The notes under the pieces were generated by a model. The model had not been told where the DNA came from. It did not search any database and saw nothing but the letters and a program-made list of their open reading frames with translations. 64,000 nt of DNA from a virus. Made by a program: the position numbers and the translations under genes. The first letter of the stretch is position 1, and each line of letters begins with the position of its first letter. Shown in pieces: positions 50,735 through 60,650 of this stretch. The stretch spans positions 34,718-98,717 of the IMG/VR virus record IMGVR_UViG_3300049489_000400, one strand, 5' to 3'.

Positions 50735-51401
50735 AATACTCTTCTGGTAACATCTTCTTAATATAACCCTGCTCAAAGAACAATAATGAACTTTGGGATT
50801 TATAGAAGTCCTTTACAAATTGAAATTTATTCGCTCCATCCTCTTCTTTGAGTCCTGTCAATTCATGAACTTGTTTCAACTTGAATTCAGAATTAGTTAA
50901 GCCTACAAAATACTCTTTATTTCTTCTTTTGTATGAATGAGGGAAATCACGGTAGAATAAGTGTGAGTGTTTTTCAGTTAAATTTCTAACTAACCAATGA
51001 AATGGATGACCTACTCCTAAACAAGTTACAATCAAGAATCCATCATCTGACAATACTTCAAGAATCCCATCTAATTCTGAAGCTAGTTTCAGCATTTTAT
51101 TTTCTCCTATTTTCATAAGGCAAAAACTCATAGCTGAATCATCCGACATCAGTTTTTTATCAGAATAGTATTCTTTATGAAAATTTTCAGAACTTACTTT
51201 AGTCCTAAGAGTGAAAAGCTCCATGTCGAACTCTTCGCAAAGTAATCTGTCTTCTTCAAGTCTTTTTTCGTTGTACTCTACGGTCAACATTATAACTTGA
51301 TCATATTTGTCTCTTTCTTTCAAGAAGTTAGCCGCACTAAAGATGATATCATCTGAATGGGGCTGAATCAAAAGCAAATTTCGCTTTTTATTTTTAGCCA
51401 T
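50715..51401 (-). CDS. PIG-L/LmbE-family de-N-acetylase
   Basis: LLIQPHSDD, R..ED, GVGHPFH, FYRDFPHS, YKSQ. Confidence 0.8.
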   Translation of the reverse strand: MAKNKKRNLLLIQPHSDDIIFSAANFLKERDKYDQVIMLTVEYNEKRLEEDRLLCEEFDMELFTLRTKVSSENFHKEYYSDKKLMSDDSAMSFCLMKIGENKMLKLASELDGILEVLSDDGFLIVTCLGVGHPFHWLVRNLTEKHSHLFYRDFPHSYKRRNKEYFVGLTNSEFKLKQVHELTGLKEEDGANKFQFVKDFYKSQSSLLFFEQGYIKKMLPEEYYEKVKD

Positions 51402-51411
51402 ATGAAAAATT

Positions 51412-52314
51412 TTACGGTGTTATAGTAACTTTAACCTTGGAAGTTCTTTTTACTCCTTGAGTATTTCTTTTAATTACAAATCTCTTCAAGTCATCATCCC
51501 ATTCGCTATTTTCAGGAACCACATGAAGTATAGACCTTGCCCAAGGGTGAGCTGGGCCAACAACTGGTTCTTGATCTTTCTTTCCTATGTTATTACCATT
51601 AGCAATCAAGTCCTTTAATTTATATATTATCGGCTTTTCACCTGGAACCCCATAATTTTTTAAACACTGTTTGCAAACTCCTGGGAACGTCTGTTTGTAA
51701 ACTTGAGCGTCATCTCCATAATCTTCAAGTATTTGTTGCGCTCTTCCAAACCCATATGCTTCTTGAAGTATATAATTTGATATCCTGGAAAAATCTCTGG
51801 CCCAGTCTTCAGTAATTCTTTTCAATTCAGATGCTAGCCAAGCTTGACTTTTTCGGTCTTTGAAAGCCTTGATAGATTCTGTTTTGATTTTATCAGCAAT
51901 TTCCAATCTCTGCTTTTGATTAGCCATCAAAATTGTATTAGAAAAATTATTAGCAACTTTGTTTCCTAGACCAGATAAATCAATGAATGCTCTATTTTTT
52001 AAATGGTCTAGTCCAGCCTTTTGAGAAATACTCTTAGGTTGATTTAATCTTTTAGTAAACCATTTGTCGAATATCTTATTGTTTACTTTGTATGACTTAT
52101 TTCCACCTAAAGATTGAGCCATCATTCCGAAATAATAGGACTTGTCTATTTCAGACATAACATCTTCAAAATCTTCTGTATTTATACCTAATGCTTGCAA
52201 CATTATTATGTCTGAAGGAGACAAATACTCTAGTCCTAATTGACTACCGATAAATACAGCTTGATTTCTCTTGATAATGTCTATCATCTGCCATATTTGC
52301 TCCAATGTAAACAT
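51412..52314 (-). CDS. MuF-like minor head (morphogenesis) protein
   Basis: DW.RD..RI, CKQC, P.HPW.RS (variant of HP.CRC). Confidence 0.7.
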   Translation of the reverse strand: MFTLEQIWQMIDIIKRNQAVFIGSQLGLEYLSPSDIIMLQALGINTEDFEDVMSEIDKSYYFGMMAQSLGGNKSYKVNNKIFDKWFTKRLNQPKSISQKAGLDHLKNRAFIDLSGLGNKVANNFSNTILMANQKQRLEIADKIKTESIKAFKDRKSQAWLASELKRITEDWARDFSRISNYILQEAYGFGRAQQILEDYGDDAQVYKQTFPGVCKQCLKNYGVPGEKPIIYKLKDLIANGNNIGKKDQEPVVGPAHPWARSILHVVPENSEWDDDLKRFVIKRNTQGVKRTSKVKVTITP

Positions 52315-52315
52315 A

Positions 52316-52540
52316 TCACTTATCCTTTAAGAATTTTACTAATTCAGTCATGCTTTTACCTACAACTTCTTTAGCGTACTTTGAGTTGAATGAATCTATA
52401 AAATCGTCCAACAATGGCTCATTCTCTTCTTTGACGTGTCTAGAATTAGTTGAATTGACATACTTGTTGACAAAATTAGCATTCAATTTCTCAACTTGTT
52501 TTTGTGCCTTCTCTATGTTCTCTACAGTATTTAGAATCAT
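52316..52540 (-). CDS. hypothetical head-associated protein
   Basis: 74 aa before MuF; contains IEKA. Confidence 0.55.
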   Translation of the reverse strand: MILNTVENIEKAQKQVEKLNANFVNKYVNSTNSRHVKEENEPLLDDFIDSFNSKYAKEVVGKSMTELVKFLKDK

Positions 52541-53268
52541 TTTATTAAAAACATTGTAGCTGCTCCTAATATGAAACCGCTACCAAATTTAACTATGCCT
52601 TTTTGATACCATTTTTTCTTATCTATAACTTTAACATTGTTCATAGAAACAGTTCTGGTATAAGGATTCTCATTGAATAATTCTACGTAAGTTTCAGATG
52701 GCTTAAACAAAGATTTTCTCTTGGTTCCAACCGTTATCACATAAGAATTATAAATTGATAATGAATCCATCTCTAATCCTTGTTTTTCGATTGAACCTGA
52801 GAAATTAAACCACTTATCTGATTTATCAAATCTAGTTCCGAATGGAACACCTATGGTATCAACTTTTTCAATATAAACAGTATCTCCATTAGGTAGAATT
52901 GATATTTTTTTAATTCGTTCTGTCAAGTATTTAACATCTCTATAAAGTGCCTCCACCTTACCGATATTTGTTACAGACTCAAATTTTATCTGAGAATTCA
53001 ATCTTCTTAAATCAGAATTTTCCAACAACAATTTTTGCAAATCTTTGTCTTTATTTATAAGGACTTGCTTTTGATAAACAAGTTCTTGTCCTTGTTTGTT
53101 TATTTTAGATTTGAATTCTTGTTCTGATTTCAAATATTGAGAAACTTTTAATTCATGTTCCTCTGGCGAAATCATATCTCCACCTCTTAATAGAAGTATA
53201 AATATAACTACTGCCTGTAGGACTATAAGAATATTCCGTACAGGCAGATTTTTAAGTATTTTATTCAT
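52537..53268 (-). CDS. spanin-like membrane protein
   Basis: N-terminal TM, coiled coil, C-terminal KKKWY + hydrophobic tail; directly after the endolysin. Confidence 0.55.
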   Translation of the reverse strand: MNKILKNLPVRNILIVLQAVVIFILLLRGGDMISPEEHELKVSQYLKSEQEFKSKINKQGQELVYQKQVLINKDKDLQKLLLENSDLRRLNSQIKFESVTNIGKVEALYRDVKYLTERIKKISILPNGDTVYIEKVDTIGVPFGTRFDKSDKWFNFSGSIEKQGLEMDSLSIYNSYVITVGTKRKSLFKPSETYVELFNENPYTRTVSMNNVKVIDKKKWYQKGIVKFGSGFILGAATMFLIK

Positions 53269-53786
53269 TACGCTTCGTTTTTACTAATAGCACCTTTTGC
53301 GTCTAAGAAAATCTTTCTAACATTAGCTGGTTGGGCAACCTTCCAAGCTGTTCTTCTAGCTTGGTAAAGTCTTGTTTTAGCTATTCTTGTAACATTCATA
53401 GCATTACCTTGATTACCACCTAAAACATGATAGCATACATCATCTTCGCCCACATATATCCCTACGTGACCTCCACCATCTCTTTTGAAAGTCAGTATGT
53501 CTCCCAACATAGGTTCATCTACTTGATTTCCGTACTTAGCCCAGCTCAAAGCCCAAAGAGGGCTACCTACAACTTGAACACCTGCCTTGAAAGCAGCGTA
53601 TCCTACAGCTAGTCCACACCAAGGAATCTCGTCTTTAGTGTAAACTTTTTCAAGCCCTAGTTCCTTCGCCCAACCTAAAGTTATAGGATTATGTTTAGTT
53701 CCTACAATCTCCTTAGTTCCAATCATCTTTACAGCTTCAACTAAAATTCTTGGAGACTTTTCTTGTTTTAAAAAATCGTAACTCAT
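53268..53786 (-). CDS. endolysin, NlpC/P60 TIGR02594-family peptidase
   Basis: DEIPWCG, A.SW..YG, GGHVGIY, VLGGNQ. Confidence 0.88.
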   Translation of the reverse strand: MSYDFLKQEKSPRILVEAVKMIGTKEIVGTKHNPITLGWAKELGLEKVYTKDEIPWCGLAVGYAAFKAGVQVVGSPLWALSWAKYGNQVDEPMLGDILTFKRDGGGHVGIYVGEDDVCYHVLGGNQGNAMNVTRIAKTRLYQARRTAWKVAQPANVRKIFLDAKGAISKNEA

Positions 53787-54028
53787 TACTCTTCGTTTTG
53801 ATTATTGTTTTCTTCTTTCTTTTTACCTGGTAGGAAATTCTTTATGAATAAAGTATCATCACTAAAAAGTAGCGACAAGCCTACCATTGCTATTGTTGTA
53901 CTTTCTGTAATGGTCGTTTTACCTAAATAGAGTAAGTGACCTACAACAACAAGGATAACAACTCCAACCAGAGTAGTTTTCCAACTTTTAGTTCTTTTTT
54001 TCAAGAATTTTAGAATTGCTTTTACCAT
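53786..54028 (-). CDS. holin
   Basis: Two TM segments, KSWKTTLVG, charged C-terminus; upstream of the endolysin. Confidence 0.7.
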   Translation of the reverse strand: MVKAILKFLKKRTKSWKTTLVGVVILVVVGHLLYLGKTTITESTTIAMVGLSLLFSDDTLFIKNFLPGKKKEENNNQNEE

Positions 54029-54031
54029 GTT

Positions 54032-54448
54032 TTATCTTTTACCGATTAACTCTATTAAAGTTTTAAAATTGGAGTCCATATCCATTTTTCTTTCCTTAGC
54101 ATCTTTCTTTATCTCTTCTAAAGAAGTTTTTTGATAATTAATATGTAATTTTAAATTTTCAAAATTATTCAAACTGTCCGAAGCAAGTTTTTCAACATCT
54201 TTCTTCAATAAATCAATCTCACCTTTTCGTTTACCGATTTCATGATTTATATCAGCTATTTGTTCTTGGTTCTTCAACTCAATTTGTTTTATTTCTTCTC
54301 TATGGCTTTTAAGTTCATCTTTCAGCCCATCAGCTTCCTCCTTCACGGATTTCATCCAATTCTTAATAAAAAAACTAGCCACTAAAATTAGCAATCCATT
54401 TATGCTACTTAAAGCCCAAATCAAATCAGAGTTAAATTTTTCTTGCAT
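54032..54448 (-). CDS. holin/antiholin-like TM plus coiled-coil protein
   Basis: Single N-terminal TM and coiled coil; first gene of the lysis cassette. Confidence 0.55.
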   Translation of the reverse strand: MQEKFNSDLIWALSSINGLLILVASFFIKNWMKSVKEEADGLKDELKSHREEIKQIELKNQEQIADINHEIGKRKGEIDLLKKDVEKLASDSLNNFENLKLHINYQKTSLEEIKKDAKERKMDMDSNFKTLIELIGKR

Positions 54449-54510
54449 CGGTTTATTTCTTTTTTATGAAATAATACCTGTGGATGCTATCAAATCTAAC
54501 TTGTAGAATA

Positions 54511-54855
54511 TCAATCTTTTTGAGACATCTGAAGTAACATATTCAAAAAATTATCAATTTTGGACTGTTCTTCAAGAGACAATTCATCATATAATAATTC
54601 TAAAGATTCGGTTTTCACATCAGAATTTGTCATTCTATCTATACCTATCACACAAGGATGATTCAATATTGAAACAAAAGATTTCTTATTAGACAATAAA
54701 AAGAAATTATCATATATCAATTTATCATTTTCTGACAAATCCTTTCTATTGCAAAAAACTTGTTCAATCTCTTCAGTTGTATGGTCTATACAACCTATCG
54801 CCAATGTCTCTTCAATGCCTACAGCATCGCATTTAGTGTTGTTGATATTTATCAT
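54511..54855 (-). CDS. putative tail spike chaperone
   Basis: Small acidic ORF after the spike gene; internal duplicated L...[DE]..IDNF motif. Confidence 0.45.
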   Translation of the reverse strand: MININNTKCDAVGIEETLAIGCIDHTTEEIEQVFCNRKDLSENDKLIYDNFFLLSNKKSFVSILNHPCVIGIDRMTNSDVKTESLELLYDELSLEEQSKIDNFLNMLLQMSQKD

Positions 54856-54858
54856 ATT

Positions 54859-57474
54859 TTATTCTTTTGGAACTGTTAATGAAGAAATTACTTGGTAATC
54901 AGAAAAATCTGGCACTGCTGTTGCTCCAAGTGGTTTATTTCCGTAACTACCAACTAACGTAATTAACGAAGGAGGTGCTGCATTTTCCATAAATTCAGAT
55001 GATGCTCCATTAGCTTCTCCCAAGCAATTATAGAATTGAGCATTTTTACTTAGTGTTGGTTGATCATTTTGCCAAGATATATTAGGAGCAGTAGGATAAG
55101 TAACTCCGTCAGCGTAATTATAAAAACTACAATTCTTAAATGTGTGTTTTCTACTGACCCCAAGAATATTAGCGTACCCTTGAATTCTACCATTATTTAT
55201 ATCAATATTTGAATCGTATGGAGTTCCTGCAGTATTTCCTAAATATGTATTTATAGGACTTGTATTAGATATCAAATCACCATTTACTTTAAGATTCACA
55301 TACCATCCTACATATCCAGTCAAAATGCAATTCTGATCATTACCGTATAAATTTCCATTTATAACAATCTTTGTTTGAGCAGTATATTGATTAACTAAGT
55401 TTATCAAACCTCTGTAATCTCCAGACACACCTCCTGAGTGAACTATTCTGATATCAGGGCAATTTAATTCAACATAGCAAGCACCTGCTGGGCCAGTAGT
55501 CAATACACATTTATATATATTTCCGTATGTAGAAGTATAAGCTGGTAATACCCATAATCTTGGTGAATGAACTACTAATCTTCCAGCGAATGGTTGAACA
55601 GAACCATTTCTCAAGAAGAACATGACATGCTGAGAATATATGTACTCTCTTGCCGTCACAGTAACATCACATCTGTCTGTTATTCTGAAACCATATCCTC
55701 CACCATTCATTCCACTCAATCTTGCACGATTGAACTTAACTCTAACAATTGGTGTGAAGTTAAGATTCAACATACCTGCACAATCCGCTGAATCGAATTC
55801 AAGATCAACTTCTCCATCTGAACTCATATTGAATATCCAAGATTGAGATTGAAAATGAGCGAATCCATAAAATTTAGTATATTGACCAATGAGTATGTTA
55901 GAAGCATTTATTTGTCCAAAATATATAACTACTCCTGGCTCACAATAAATATGAACATCCGTTATTAAATTTATACTAGAAGTGTACAATCCTTTTCTTA
56001 GCACTACTAGACCAGGATTCAATGAAGATGCTGAACCAGTTACTGCTGATTGTGCGGCAGATATGGACTGGAATGGTTTGGTAAAATCACCTGCTAATCC
56101 TGTCGCATCTGAACCGTTATACAAATCAACAAAAGCTACATCAGAATAATTAACTCCTCCGCCTGCTGCATTAACAATAAAAGTTCTTTCACCGCCAATT
56201 ATAACTTCTTGAACAGTTACATTAGTTCCACCTATTACATTTCCTGCAGCTGTAGATTGCACTGTTCCATCTGAGAAGGTAATCTTGCAAGGTTCAGTTA
56301 CATCCACCTCTTGTCTAGTGTAAGCAAATCCTCCACCATTCGCCCCTTGAGTCCAAGAGGAAAATAAGAACTTATGATATTTATCTGTAGAAAGATCATG
56401 CATAATTAGTTCTAAACCTAATATGTTTAAACCAACAGCATTATTTAAAGCTGTGACAAAATCAGAATAAACTCTCGATTTTATGTCAAATAAATTTCCA
56501 AACCCATTCTTAACAGGGTCTGTAAAAACAGAATTCCATTCTGTATTAGCTGGCGAACCTAATTGGTATCCTAATTCTACTGCTGAATTGAATATACTTT
56601 GAGAAGTTCCTCTATTTATTTCAGTTTGTCCTGGCTCTATCGCATCCACTTCAGAACCATAATCAGTATGGGTGAAATTTATTTCTTCTCCTAATATCAA
56701 TTCTAATGGCTTCATTGTTATGTCGCAGTTGCAACCGCAATCACCATCTTCACAACAACTCTCTGGAGCCAGCCTGAAATTGAATATTCTGAAATCTATC
56801 ACTTCAGTACCTGAAGGTGATAAAGAATTTACAAGTCTTATAACCATAGTATGGCTAGAAACAGTTCCATTTACTGCTGTAACTGTAGCTTTGATCAGAC
56901 CTGAAATATCAGATTGATTATAAGATATTATTGTTGCACCTGTTCCATTACCAAAACTAATTTCTACACTTGAATTAGGATTAGTGAATAATGATGGGTC
57001 GAATTTAAGCTCAAAACAATAGTTTAAACCACTCTGAAGTAAGTTACCGTCAGAATCTTTAAAAAATGGTATTGTCATAATGTCTCCATTATAATTATTG
57101 ACTCCTTCAGCATCGTTTTGAAATGCTAATATCGAATCATTAGTAAATACGCCATTATTCCAAGTCCATCTGTTTCCTAATTCTGTTCTGTGATAATCAT
57201 ACCATTCACAACCTCCGCACCCGCAATCTTCTTCACACCCATAAGTCCACTCTGTAAAGTGAGTTGGGAATAAAGCACTATTTACGTCTAGTTCTATTGG
57301 TGAAACAAATATAGATTGATAACATCTTGTTATACCATCTATATTCCCACTATTGTCTTTGTCAATATATTTGGATATATTGGTTCCTTGGCTATCTGAT
57401 GCATATCTAACATAAGTGAAATTTCCACCTCCGTTACCTCCGCAATTACCTGTACAATTTCCTCCGCAACACAT
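54859..57474 (-). CDS. Cys-rich fibre/spike with C-terminal beta-helix (depolymerase-like)
   Basis: FVD..NGSD..G...PFQSISAA onset of a pectin-lyase-like domain; YVRYASD repeat; ITFSDGTVQSTA. Confidence 0.65.
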   Translation of the reverse strand: MCCGGNCTGNCGGNGGGNFTYVRYASDSQGTNISKYIDKDNSGNIDGITRCYQSIFVSPIELDVNSALFPTHFTEWTYGCEEDCGCGGCEWYDYHRTELGNRWTWNNGVFTNDSILAFQNDAEGVNNYNGDIMTIPFFKDSDGNLLQSGLNYCFELKFDPSLFTNPNSSVEISFGNGTGATIISYNQSDISGLIKATVTAVNGTVSSHTMVIRLVNSLSPSGTEVIDFRIFNFRLAPESCCEDGDCGCNCDITMKPLELILGEEINFTHTDYGSEVDAIEPGQTEINRGTSQSIFNSAVELGYQLGSPANTEWNSVFTDPVKNGFGNLFDIKSRVYSDFVTALNNAVGLNILGLELIMHDLSTDKYHKFLFSSWTQGANGGGFAYTRQEVDVTEPCKITFSDGTVQSTAAGNVIGGTNVTVQEVIIGGERTFIVNAAGGGVNYSDVAFVDLYNGSDATGLAGDFTKPFQSISAAQSAVTGSASSLNPGLVVLRKGLYTSSINLITDVHIYCEPGVVIYFGQINASNILIGQYTKFYGFAHFQSQSWIFNMSSDGEVDLEFDSADCAGMLNLNFTPIVRVKFNRARLSGMNGGGYGFRITDRCDVTVTAREYIYSQHVMFFLRNGSVQPFAGRLVVHSPRLWVLPAYTSTYGNIYKCVLTTGPAGACYVELNCPDIRIVHSGGVSGDYRGLINLVNQYTAQTKIVINGNLYGNDQNCILTGYVGWYVNLKVNGDLISNTSPINTYLGNTAGTPYDSNIDINNGRIQGYANILGVSRKHTFKNCSFYNYADGVTYPTAPNISWQNDQPTLSKNAQFYNCLGEANGASSEFMENAAPPSLITLVGSYGNKPLGATAVPDFSDYQVISSLTVPKE

Positions 57475-57485
57475 GTTTTAATTTA

Positions 57486-59015
57486 TTAAGGATTTTCTAA
57501 TGTTGTGATTCTTCTTTCGTGATCAACCACTTGTGTTCCTAAGTCGCTTATTCCTGAGTTCATAGGTACAAGTTGATCATCCACATATTTCCTGTTATCA
57601 GCAAGATTTGTATCTATATAATCGAGGTCAGCTACTCTGTCTGGATCATAAGTCTCAGATTTGAAATTCGATATTTCTTGTTGTGCTACTTTTCTCAAAC
57701 CTCCATCTATCCTTAGAAGGATAGCATCGGCAGAACTTTCTGATTCTAAATTACCAACCTGCTCATCGAGTATTACAGCTGTATTAGTTAAATTATCTAA
57801 AGATTCTTGGAAAGAATTTATAGCTTCATTTAACAATTTTTCTAAATTTCCTATTCTCAGGTTTGCATTTTCACAACACTCTACTAATTGAGATTGAAGA
57901 TTAGAAATTTCATTTGTTAAATTATTTATTTGCTGATTATAGATAGCAATTTGATCTTGAAGTAACTCATTAAGATTTGTAATCTGTTGTTCTAATAAAT
58001 CAAATTTGCCGTCGCAATCGCAACTAGAATTAGAATCACAACAAATCTTAATCCACTTGTTAGCGAACAACTCTGGAGTTAGAACTTCAATCGGTGTAGG
58101 TGAAGTTATTATTCCGAAATAACATCTACAAAGAAAACATTGACCTTCTATCTCCTCAGCGCAACATTCTTTAGTTCCTACTTGTATAGTCATAGTAGAA
58201 TTTATGAGTGCCTGGCCATTATTAGGAACGTTAATAATAAGTTGAGAACCTTGATTCTGAATAAGTTGCTCTGCACCAGTTGTTGGTCCATTAAGATTTA
58301 TTGTTTCAGTAGGAACTCCTAAACTGATTTCCATTTCTCCTGTAAATGAAGGTAAAGTATTCACTGAAACACAATAATCTATCAGGTCATTCAAAAGGAC
58401 AGAACCAGGCATGAAAACATTAAGAACAAGTTGTTGACCTGGTGCTACATTCACTAACTCAATTTCAACACCATTTCCAGTATTTGAAACTTGAAAACTA
58501 GAATTGCCACTATCAACTAAAAAGGTATCCGCATATTGACAAGCATTACAATCTACTTCGTATTGCATTTCTGTTCCGAAATTGGTTCCGTTACAATCAT
58601 CTGCAAAAGCAATATAAGTATAATTTCCAGAACCTTCTGTTCCACCACATTTACAAAACTTAGTCCATCTTTTTTCAAACAACTCTGGCAATAAATCCAT
58701 CGTAGGTATAGACATACTAGAAGTAATGACAGCCCAAAAACAATGATCATCTGGATCAAATGATAAGCTGAAATTTCCACCTTCACAAGTTGATGCAAAA
58801 GCTATATATGTATATATGCCGTTAATCGTAGCACCTGTTCCTAAAGGTAACCAATCAGCAGCAATTACATCATAGTAATAATGAACCTTAGCTGGTCCAG
58901 TAGTATAAGGATTTGTAGAATCATTATACCACAATATCTTAGTGTTTAAAGGTGGATTCACTCCTACATGAATCGCCTTTATTAAACCAAGATTTTTCGT
59001 TCCTATTGGAGGCAT
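57486..59015 (-). CDS. Cys-rich fibre protein with C-terminal coiled coil
   Basis: YTYIAFA repeats; C-terminal DHERRITTLE coiled coil. Confidence 0.6.
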   Translation of the reverse strand: MPPIGTKNLGLIKAIHVGVNPPLNTKILWYNDSTNPYTTGPAKVHYYYDVIAADWLPLGTGATINGIYTYIAFASTCEGGNFSLSFDPDDHCFWAVITSSMSIPTMDLLPELFEKRWTKFCKCGGTEGSGNYTYIAFADDCNGTNFGTEMQYEVDCNACQYADTFLVDSGNSSFQVSNTGNGVEIELVNVAPGQQLVLNVFMPGSVLLNDLIDYCVSVNTLPSFTGEMEISLGVPTETINLNGPTTGAEQLIQNQGSQLIINVPNNGQALINSTMTIQVGTKECCAEEIEGQCFLCRCYFGIITSPTPIEVLTPELFANKWIKICCDSNSSCDCDGKFDLLEQQITNLNELLQDQIAIYNQQINNLTNEISNLQSQLVECCENANLRIGNLEKLLNEAINSFQESLDNLTNTAVILDEQVGNLESESSADAILLRIDGGLRKVAQQEISNFKSETYDPDRVADLDYIDTNLADNRKYVDDQLVPMNSGISDLGTQVVDHERRITTLENP

Positions 59016-59020
59016 ATCTT

Positions 59021-60616
59021 TTATTTAATTAAATTAGACATAAATGACTTAACAAATGGATTCTCTTCTTCTGAATCTGAGTCATCCCAATTCAAGAAAG
59101 GATTAGTTCCATCATCGTCATTGTTCGTTGGGATTCCGCCACCTGCTAATCCAGCTTCCTGCTGTGCTTGCATAGAAAGTTGTTGAGCGTAAGTAGGATT
59201 GAGTATTAAATCCCCACCTTTAACAGGGTCTAATCCGTATTTACTTCTTATCTCGTTAACTGTTTGGAAGTTAGACAATTTCTTGATTTCAATATCAAGT
59301 TCCTCTTGAATTGTCAATCCATTCAGACCAACAAAATGGAACTCATATTCAGGATCAATTTGAGTAACTACATACTTGTTCATTTTTCTCTGAATGAACT
59401 TCAATAGTGGATACAATCCTTTATCTTTAGAATGTTTTAATCTTTGTTCGTTACTACCTTCGAACATAGAAGAACTCCCCTGACCAGCACTAATGTTAAA
59501 TCCAATTTCGTTAGGGTCTATAGCATAAATAGCACAAGCAATTTTTATCAAGTATTCAGACCAGCTTCCATACTCCATATCTCGGTTTGATTTTTGTAAA
59601 TCAATCCAATCTATATCAGCATCTACAATCGGTGTTTTCCAAGATTGCTGCACGCCAGTAACCATAGACAACCACTCTTGTCTAAAAGCCTTTAATTGTT
59701 TCTCATTAACATTACCTTTTACTCTCAATAAACCTTTAGGAGCAGAACCCTGACTAAAGAATCTCTTGTTATATTCTTCAGCCCATAACATAGAAGTCAC
59801 AGTACTTACTAATTCCTCTAATTCAGAACAACCATAACCTACGTTATAAAGATTTGAAGATGGATTTCTAACACCAAAGCAAAGTTCCCAAGGGTAAAAA
59901 TCAGCAGTTACAGAACCTTGATAAATTTGAACAAATGATGGGTAATATCCTTTAACCATTTCTTTGTCTTCTTTATCGTACTCATCATCATCATATGAAT
60001 CGGCAACTCTATAAGTAGATGCATCTGTAGCAAAGAACTCAAACAATTTACCTCTTCTGTCCCTAACTACCTCAAATGTCATTTGATCATAAGTCAAACT
60101 GTCATCTACAATTTTTCTTATAAATGATTCAAAGTCGTCACCCTCCCAAGAGTTGTTAATACCGCAGTTTAAAACTATCTCTGTTATCTCTTCGATTCTA
60201 CGCCACTCTTCAGTAGTATTTTCCCTGTCCTTCTCACCTAATCTCTTTTTCTTACGAATAACGAATCCAGTTGAGTAACGGTCAGCCTGCGGCTCAGCAA
60301 AGTCAGCAATCTGATTCTTTCTAGTTTTTAAAATAGCATTAATAATCGGTGTTTTAGACATTCTTTTCAAAGTCTGATAAGACAGAGAAAATGGCTTATC
60401 CTTATAACCGAAACTATTTTGAAAATCTAAAGGGTCAATTATGTAACTCTTTTTGTTACCCTCTTTTCTTTCTTCTATATTCTCAAGAACTTTTTGAGCA
60501 CGTAAAATATCGTTGGGTGAATTAGACGACAAAGCCTTCTCCAGAACAAGACCTTTTTTTAGTTCAAGCTTGTTCTGAAGAAGTTCTAATTTGTCTATTT
60601 TATTTGCGTAACCCAT
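59021..60616 (-). CDS. portal protein (Herelleviridae-like)
   Basis: INAI..TR.NQI, DSLTYDQ, VRNP...GYG.SELE, FFSQG..PKGLL, DMEY, IDP.EIG, TVNEIR. Confidence 0.92.
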   Translation of the reverse strand: MGYANKIDKLELLQNKLELKKGLVLEKALSSNSPNDILRAQKVLENIEERKEGNKKSYIIDPLDFQNSFGYKDKPFSLSYQTLKRMSKTPIINAILKTRKNQIADFAEPQADRYSTGFVIRKKKRLGEKDRENTTEEWRRIEEITEIVLNCGINNSWEGDDFESFIRKIVDDSLTYDQMTFEVVRDRRGKLFEFFATDASTYRVADSYDDDEYDKEDKEMVKGYYPSFVQIYQGSVTADFYPWELCFGVRNPSSNLYNVGYGCSELEELVSTVTSMLWAEEYNKRFFSQGSAPKGLLRVKGNVNEKQLKAFRQEWLSMVTGVQQSWKTPIVDADIDWIDLQKSNRDMEYGSWSEYLIKIACAIYAIDPNEIGFNISAGQGSSSMFEGSNEQRLKHSKDKGLYPLLKFIQRKMNKYVVTQIDPEYEFHFVGLNGLTIQEELDIEIKKLSNFQTVNEIRSKYGLDPVKGGDLILNPTYAQQLSMQAQQEAGLAGGGIPTNNDDDGTNPFLNWDDSDSEEENPFVKSFMSNLIK

Positions 60617-60650
60617 TTAAATCGTCTTATTTTAATAAAGATTATTTCTG

